Assembly: GCA_007128625.1 (NCBI GenBank)
Contig: SKXC01000098.1
Coordinates: 1 to 51,802, forward strand
DNA length: 51,802 nucleotides
Direction of reading: 5' to 3'
Source: Syntrophomonadaceae bacterium
GTDB taxonomy: Bacteria > Bacillota > Dethiobacteria > DTU022
Positions 46,776 to 51,802 of this stretch are shown in pieces. The notes below the pieces were generated by a model. It saw only the letters and a program-made list of their open reading frames with translations, ran no database searches and had not been told where the DNA came from. Position numbers and translations under genes: made by a program. Every line of letters starts with the position of its first letter. Within the stretch, counting starts at the first letter, position 1.

Positions 46776-47558
46776 ATGGATAAAATAACTCTCGAGGAAA
46801 AAGGCCATGTCCTGTTGATGGGGCTCAACCGGCCGGACAAGATGAATGCCTTTGATGTGGATATGTACATACAGTTGGCGGAAGGGCTGGGAAAGCTTAA
46901 TTCATCGCATAACCTTCGCTGTGGTTTAATTTTTGCCCATGGTGAGCACTTTACTTCCGGGTTGGATATGGCTAAGTGGATTGAAGTTTTTAGTTCCGGT
47001 CGTTTCCCTGAACTGGGAGAAGGGCTTTGTGATCCCCTTGGCCTTGATGTAAATAAGCAGGCCTCAAAACCGCTGGTAATTGCTGTGCAGGGTATCTGTT
47101 ACACTATCGGTCTTGAGTTGATGCTGGCTGCCGATGTGCGGGTGGCAGCTTCCGGTACACGCTTCGGCCAGATAGAAGTTAAAAGAGGCATCTACCCGGT
47201 TGGGGGGGCAACTATCCGTTTGCCTCGCGAATTAGGTTGGGGAAATGCTATGCGCTTCCTGCTTACCGGAGATGAAATAACCTTAGAAGATGCCTACCGG
47301 ATGGGCCTGGTTCAGGAAATAACCGCACCGGGAGAGCAGTATCAACTGGCCCTGGCAATTGCGGAACGAATCAGCGAACAGGCTCCCCTGGGCGTGCAGG
47401 CTTCTCTGCGCTCAGCCCGCCTGGCCTATAATGAAGGAGAAGAAAAGGCTGTTTCTCGTCTGCTGCCGGACCTGCAGCCGATCATGACCAGTGATGACGC
47501 CCGGGAAGGAATTAAATCATTTTTGGAAAGGCGTAAAGCCCGCTTCAAAGGATGTTAG
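46776..47558 (+). CDS. enoyl-CoA hydratase/isomerase (crotonase) family protein
   Basis: 260 aa. NRPDKMNAF and the oxyanion region GICYTIGLELMLAADVRVA. Confidence 0.8.
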   Translation: MDKITLEEKGHVLLMGLNRPDKMNAFDVDMYIQLAEGLGKLNSSHNLRCGLIFAHGEHFTSGLDMAKWIEVFSSGRFPELGEGLCDPLGLDVNKQASKPLVIAVQGICYTIGLELMLAADVRVAASGTRFGQIEVKRGIYPVGGATIRLPRELGWGNAMRFLLTGDEITLEDAYRMGLVQEITAPGEQYQLALAIAERISEQAPLGVQASLRSARLAYNEGEEKAVSRLLPDLQPIMTSDDAREGIKSFLERRKARFKGC

Positions 47559-47591
47559 ATTTAAGTTAAGGAGAGGAAAAGAAGGGAAGAC

Positions 47592-47635
47592 AAAAGGCAG
47601 GCTTCGTAATAAACAGCCCGCCTTTTTTATTTTTC
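47592..47635. terminator. bidirectional Rho-independent terminator between the crotonase gene and arcC
   Basis: AAAAGGCAGGC pairs with GCCCGCCTTTT (one mismatch), followed by TTTTTTATTTTT on the plus strand and TTTTG on the minus strand. Confidence 0.7.
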
Positions 47636-47681
47636 CCGGTCAAACGGCTTAAGCGATAAGATTATGCTCATGAAGAAATGC

Positions 47682-48626
47682 TTAGGCACTGATCACCGTT
47701 CCGGTTTGGCCTTCCAGGGCTTTTAGGGATTTGAAAAGAGAAGTAATAATTGCCTTTTTGCCGGGATTTTCTTTAACAAACATTACTGCAGCCTGGATTT
47801 TTGGGAGCATGCTGCCTGGAGCGAAATGACCATCTTCCATATACTTTTCTGCTTCTTCAACGCTCATATGATCCAGATCTTGCTGGCCGGGCTGGTTAAA
47901 GTTAAGAGCTACCCGATCAACCTCGGTAAGAATCATTAATACATCGGCCTCAATATCATTTGCCAGTCTTGAGGCGGCCAGATCCTTGTCTATTACAGCA
48001 TCAATCCCTTTTAACCTGCCGTTATCTGTTTCGATAACCGGAATACCGCCTCCTCCTGCCGTGATTACGATAGTTGTATCCCAGAGTTCTTTTAAACAGG
48101 AAAACTCCACGATCTTTTTCGGCATGGGTGATGCGACAACTCTCCGATAACCCCTACCGGCATCCTCGATCATTCTATAGCCTTTTTCCCTTGATATCTT
48201 CTGGGCTTCTGACTGTGAATAAAAAAGGCCGATCGGTTTGGTTGGCTGTTCAAAGGCAGGATCGTTTTCGTCTACTATAACCTGGGTTACAATTGTTACC
48301 ACAGGCACATTGCTTTTTTTTTGGAGCAAGGCCCGGCGCAGCGACTGCTGAATATGATAACCTATGTATCCCTGGCTCATTGCGCTGCAAACATCAAAAG
48401 GCATAACCGGAACAATGTTTGCAGCTGTTTCACTGGCTAACACAATATTGCCGATCTGGGGTCCGTTACCGTGTACGATCGCCAGTTCATTACCCCGGCA
48501 GCTCATCTCGGCAATGTATTCCACTGTATGATCGATTACTTCCAGTTGATTTTCAGCAGTGGCAGGTGCGCCCCTTTTTAGCAAAGCGTTTCCTCCCAGG
48601 GCCAGTACAATTCTCGTTGGGTTCAT
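47682..48626 (-). CDS. arcC: carbamate kinase
   Basis: RIVLALGGNALLKRG N-terminus and full-length carbamate kinase similarity. ATG 48626 (GGAGG, 8 nt spacing) is preferred to GTG 48641. Confidence 0.9.
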   Translation of the reverse strand: MNPTRIVLALGGNALLKRGAPATAENQLEVIDHTVEYIAEMSCRGNELAIVHGNGPQIGNIVLASETAANIVPVMPFDVCSAMSQGYIGYHIQQSLRRALLQKKSNVPVVTIVTQVIVDENDPAFEQPTKPIGLFYSQSEAQKISREKGYRMIEDAGRGYRRVVASPMPKKIVEFSCLKELWDTTIVITAGGGGIPVIETDNGRLKGIDAVIDKDLAASRLANDIEADVLMILTEVDRVALNFNQPGQQDLDHMSVEEAEKYMEDGHFAPGSMLPKIQAAVMFVKENPGKKAIITSLFKSLKALEGQTGTVISA

Positions 48627-48776
48627 TGTCCGAGCCTCCACATTTAGTATGATCTATAGTAATTGTAACACAGTACAGTTGCCACGGTGGCGTTGACGAT
48701 AAATAAGAGTTATGATAGAATAAAAGAGAAAAACCAAGCTTGTAGTCAAAAACAAGCAAAAAAAGGAGGAATTCCT

Positions 48777-50279
48777 ATGACTGCCGACGGTTTTTATAAT
48801 TATTTAGTGGAATGGTTTACTGTTCAATTTCCCCAGTTTATTGGGGCAATAGCCATCCTGATTGTAGGGTGGTTGATTGCCCTGATCCTTGCTTCTATTG
48901 TTCGGGGAGCTTTCCGCCGAACCCAGGTGGGTGCTAAACTAGCCCGCTGGATTAAGGGTGACGAGGAGGCTGCCGGTACAGAAGTAAACAAGTGGAGCGG
49001 CCGGATCGTTTTTTACCTGGCCATGTTCTTTGTGCTTGTTGCTTTCTTCCAGTATTTAAACTTAACTTTTATTGCCGAACCGTTAACTTCATTTTTAGTG
49101 CAAATATTTGAGTATGCTCCACGTATATTTGGAGCCGCTATCCTACTATTAATTGCCTGGCTATTAGCAAGTGTGCTGCGGATTGTCATTCAGCGTATTC
49201 TGGAGGCCACCAAAATTGATGAACGTTTTACTGATGTGAGTGGAGAAGAAAGGAAAGGATTTTCCCTGGCTCAGACAGTGAGTAATGTAGTGTACTGGGT
49301 GACCATCTTAATCTTTGTGCCGGCTATTTTAAGCACTCTTACCCTGCAAGGACTGCTGGTACCGGTTCAAACAATGCTTGAAACCATACTGGCATACCTG
49401 CCCAACATTCTTGCTGCAGGTCTGATTGTGCTTCTGGGTTGGTTTGGAGCCCGGATCCTGCAAAGACTTACTATTAATCTGCTTTCGGCAGTAGGGTTGG
49501 ATCGCCTAAGCGACAGGGAAGATGTCTCTTCCATTTTCGGCACCAGGAAACCTTCAGAAATCCTTGGTCTGCTGGTTTACGTACTTGTTCTGGTTTTTGT
49601 CATCATTGGGGCTTTAAACGCCCTGGCTTTAGAGGCTATAACCGGTCCGGCCAGCAACATGCTGGAATTAATCCTGCAGGCATTACCGGCATTGTTTGCC
49701 GCTGCCCTGGTCCTGACAATTTCACTAATGGTGGGAAGAATTTTAGCAGCCCTGGCAGCCAAGCTGTTATCAGCAGCGGGGTTCGATGAGTTTCTTACCC
49801 GCCTGGGAATTGCCAAATCAACAGTTGAAGGCCGCAGATCTCCGTCTGAAATTGTAGGCTATATAGTCCTGGTGGCAATTATGCTCTTTGCCGCTATCGA
49901 AGCAGCAGGCCTGCTTGGATTTGTTGTCCTGGCTGATTTGATCGCCCAGCTAACTATTGTCCTGGGCAGAGTAGTTGTATCATTAATTATATTTGGCATC
50001 GGTCTTTATCTTGGTGGTCTGGCAAAAGAAGTTGTCCAAACCAGCGGAGGACCGCATGCCGAATTCCTGTCTAAACTGGCCCGGGTATCCATTCTTATTC
50101 TGGCCGGTTCAATCGCCCTGCGGCAGTTGGGAGTAGCCAATGAGATTATCGTAATTGCTTTCGGTGTTCTTTTAGGTGCGGTAGCTTTAACCGGAGTAAT
50201 TGCCTTTGGCCTGGGCGGAAGAGACCTGGCATCAAGAGAATTATCCGGCTGGGTAGATAAGTTCAAGAAGACGGAATAG
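48777..50279 (+). CDS. conserved-TM-helix-repeat membrane protein (mechanosensitive-channel-like, CmpX type)
   Basis: About 500 aa made of repeated units of the form P-x-[IL]-[IL]-x-A-x-[IL]-[IL]-L-[IL]-x-G-W-[IL]-x-A-R. ATG 48777 behind AAGGAGG is preferred to 48687. Confidence 0.55.
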   Translation: MTADGFYNYLVEWFTVQFPQFIGAIAILIVGWLIALILASIVRGAFRRTQVGAKLARWIKGDEEAAGTEVNKWSGRIVFYLAMFFVLVAFFQYLNLTFIAEPLTSFLVQIFEYAPRIFGAAILLLIAWLLASVLRIVIQRILEATKIDERFTDVSGEERKGFSLAQTVSNVVYWVTILIFVPAILSTLTLQGLLVPVQTMLETILAYLPNILAAGLIVLLGWFGARILQRLTINLLSAVGLDRLSDREDVSSIFGTRKPSEILGLLVYVLVLVFVIIGALNALALEAITGPASNMLELILQALPALFAAALVLTISLMVGRILAALAAKLLSAAGFDEFLTRLGIAKSTVEGRRSPSEIVGYIVLVAIMLFAAIEAAGLLGFVVLADLIAQLTIVLGRVVVSLIIFGIGLYLGGLAKEVVQTSGGPHAEFLSKLARVSILILAGSIALRQLGVANEIIVIAFGVLLGAVALTGVIAFGLGGRDLASRELSGWVDKFKKTE

Positions 50280-50363
50280 TTTTTTAGCTGAAATGTTTAA
50301 ATAAAGATAGTCAAAGCATTAAGGATATTGACAGGTCCTCTTCAGGGATTGGTCATGACTATT

Positions 50364-50400
50364 AAGGGATCCGGGGTTTTACCCCGGATCCCTTATTTTC
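50364..50400 (+). terminator. strong Rho-independent terminator
   Basis: Perfect 13-bp stem AAGGGATCCGGGG / CCCCGGATCCCTT with a 5-nt loop, followed by ATTTTC. Confidence 0.8.
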
Positions 50401-50433
50401 CTGTGAAGTTTGTTTGTATTGACACAGGATTTT

Positions 50434-50463
50434 TTGACAATCCAGGCCGGCAATTGCTATAAT
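50434..50463 (+). promoter_or_regulatory. near-consensus sigma-A promoter with an extended -10
   Basis: TTGACA (50434-50439), an 18-nt spacer ending in TGC, then TATAAT (50458-50463). A second TTGACA lies at 50419-50424. Confidence 0.55.
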
Positions 50464-50523
50464 CTTTTGAGATATAGAAGGCCATGGCATCATTTTAAAA
50501 CTTTACGGCTGCAAGGAGGAAAA

Positions 50524-51369
50524 ATGAAAAAGAAACATCCAGAACCGGTAAAAGCATATAAAAATTTGGATTTTTTGAACAGCCCCGATGCACGAACTAT
50601 CCGCATCCTGGCAGAATTTCTTGAACCCATGAAGCGTTTTAGAGAGCAAAATATTTACGATACCCTAGTCTTTTTTGGTTCTGCACGTACAGTGAATCCC
50701 CAAACAGCTAAAGAACAGCTCCATAATGTTCAGAAGCGGATAGCGGAGTCAGGGGAGAAAAACCCGGGTCCGGCTTTGCAGGCAGAACTGGATTATGCCA
50801 AAAACCAGGTATTCCTTTCCCGTTACTATGAAGATGCAACTGGTTTGGCCAAACGTCTTACAGAATGGTCGAAATCTCTTAATTCGATTCACCGTTTTGT
50901 TGTCTGCTCCGGTGGAGGCCCGGGGATGATGGAAGCGGCAAACAAGGGTGCCCTGGAAGCAAACGGTAAATCGATCGGGTTAAATATAAGTTTGCCCATG
51001 GAGCAGTTTTCCAACCCCTATATTACCCCAGATTTGAACTTTGAGTTCCATTATTTTTTCATGCGTAAGTTTTGGTTAATCTATCTTGCCAAGGGATTGA
51101 TTATCTTTCCAGGCGGATTTGGTACTCTTGATGAGTTATTTGAAACTCTCACCCTGGTTCAGACCCAAAAAGTAATAAAGAAGATGCCGATCGTTATCTA
51201 TGGATCGGAATACTGGAATCAGATCATTAATATTGATGCCATGGTCAATTACGGGGTAATCAGTAAGGCAGATCGGGACCTGGTGCAATTCTGTGATACA
51301 GTGGATGAGGCTTTTTCTTATATAAAAGACGAATTAACCAGGATTCATCTCGATAAAGAACGAAATTAA
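50524..51369 (+). CDS. LOG-family (TIGR00730) nucleotide 5'-monophosphate nucleosidase-like protein
   Basis: GGGPGMMEA and PGGFGTLDELFE motifs. ATG 50524 behind AAGGAGG is preferred to the TTG at 50410. Confidence 0.8.
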   Translation: MKKKHPEPVKAYKNLDFLNSPDARTIRILAEFLEPMKRFREQNIYDTLVFFGSARTVNPQTAKEQLHNVQKRIAESGEKNPGPALQAELDYAKNQVFLSRYYEDATGLAKRLTEWSKSLNSIHRFVVCSGGGPGMMEAANKGALEANGKSIGLNISLPMEQFSNPYITPDLNFEFHYFFMRKFWLIYLAKGLIIFPGGFGTLDELFETLTLVQTQKVIKKMPIVIYGSEYWNQIINIDAMVNYGVISKADRDLVQFCDTVDEAFSYIKDELTRIHLDKERN

Positions 51370-51538
51370 ATCTAAGTTTATGGACTACTTCTTTAATTCA
51401 TTGAACTGCCCAGCTATGCCGCTTAGGAGTAAAGTGCTGTCAGGCTGTCGGTATTTGATTTTATTACCATGTTCCAGTTGCTGTATTATGCCCTAAATGA
51501 AAAAACATATTTCGATCATATCGAGTTTCACAGAAATA

Positions 51539-51802
51539 CTACATCCTGGTATGCAGTAAAAGAGAAACAAACCTTTCCACTGCTTCTTCCTGACTCTCTC
51601 CTTTTTCATGTGCTTCGGCCAGGCAAACCAGTAAAAAATTAGCGGTTACCAGCTTGGTTATGCCCTCCAGTGCTGCATGGACTGCGCTGAGCTGAGTAAC
51701 AATATCTTCACAGTCATCACCAGCTTCTATCATCCGGCGTACGGCCCGGACCTGACCTTCCAGCCTGGAAAGCCGATTTGTCACCTTATTTTTGCTCTCT
51801 TC
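51539..51802 (-). CDS. CsoR/RcnR/FrmR-family metal-sensitive transcriptional repressor; the N-terminus may lie beyond the window end
   Basis: RLSRLEGQVRAVRRMIE ... C ... VTQLSAVHAAL ... C, a helical bundle typical of DUF156/CsoR. The frame stays open to base 51802. Confidence 0.7.
   Translation of the reverse strand, partial: EESKNKVTNRLSRLEGQVRAVRRMIEAGDDCEDIVTQLSAVHAALEGITKLVTANFLLVCLAEAHEKGESQEEAVERFVSLLLHTRM

Noticed and set aside
50524-51369. The LOG-family protein as a defence-associated SLOG nucleotide sensor/effector
   Set aside because: It is a standalone gene with its own consensus promoter and is flanked by terminators and housekeeping genes. The motifs match ordinary TIGR00730 LOG proteins.
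1-51802. CRISPR arrays, IS elements, prophage or integrative-element boundaries, and tRNA/rRNA genes
   Set aside because: There are no regularly spaced repeats beyond two short tandem duplications. I found no transposase, integrase or recombinase-like ORFs and no tRNA-like T-loop/acceptor patterns outside coding sequence. Base composition appears uniform by eye.

Overview
This 51.8 kb window looks like a chromosomal segment from an anaerobic Firmicutes/Clostridia-like bacterium. Supporting signs are GGAGG-type ribosome-binding sites, frequent TTG/GTG starts, and PFOR, Fhs, radical SAM and 2-hydroxyacyl-CoA-dehydratase-type enzymes. I support about 46 protein-coding genes, and most are housekeeping. 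In order they are: the 3' end of ftsH; an amidohydrolase and an S58 peptidase; fhs; a tightly packed minus-strand folate operon (CPBP membrane protein, folE, HD hydrolase, folP, folB, folK); coaX; a patatin-like lipase; a nitroreductase; PFOR; a PAS-GGDEF-HD-GYP c-di-GMP protein; a radical SAM enzyme; ybaK; a cold-shock protein; a small ferredoxin-like protein; arcA; glpX; a USP; a PLP-dependent dehydratase; a serpin; adenine deaminase; an ArsR / radical SAM / dehydratase-like cluster; fabI; DUF116; DUF1295; DUF2177; an MmyB-like regulator; a GlpD-like dehydrogenase; an alpha/beta hydrolase; a PurL/PurM-like paralog; a baeRF (eRF1-like) protein; a YlbF-like protein; glutamate dehydrogenase; a C-N hydrolase; fxsA; a crotonase; arcC; a TM-helix-repeat channel-like protein; a LOG-family protein; and a partial CsoR-like repressor. 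I found no rRNA, tRNA, CRISPR array, transposase, integrase or prophage signature. The window is mostly ordinary core genome. The best candidates for unexplored biology are: (1) the ArsR-linked radical SAM enzyme with an activase-less 2-hydroxyacyl-CoA dehydratase/benzoyl-CoA reductase-type heterodimer at 28.5-33.0 kb, which sits beside a lipid-flavoured gene set; (2) the PurL-like paralog with a rewired active-site motif followed by a bacterial eRF1-like (baeRF) protein at 40.3-42.7 kb; and (3) the HD-domain hydrolase translationally coupled inside the folate operon. All functional calls rest on motif and family recognition by eye. No database search was run.
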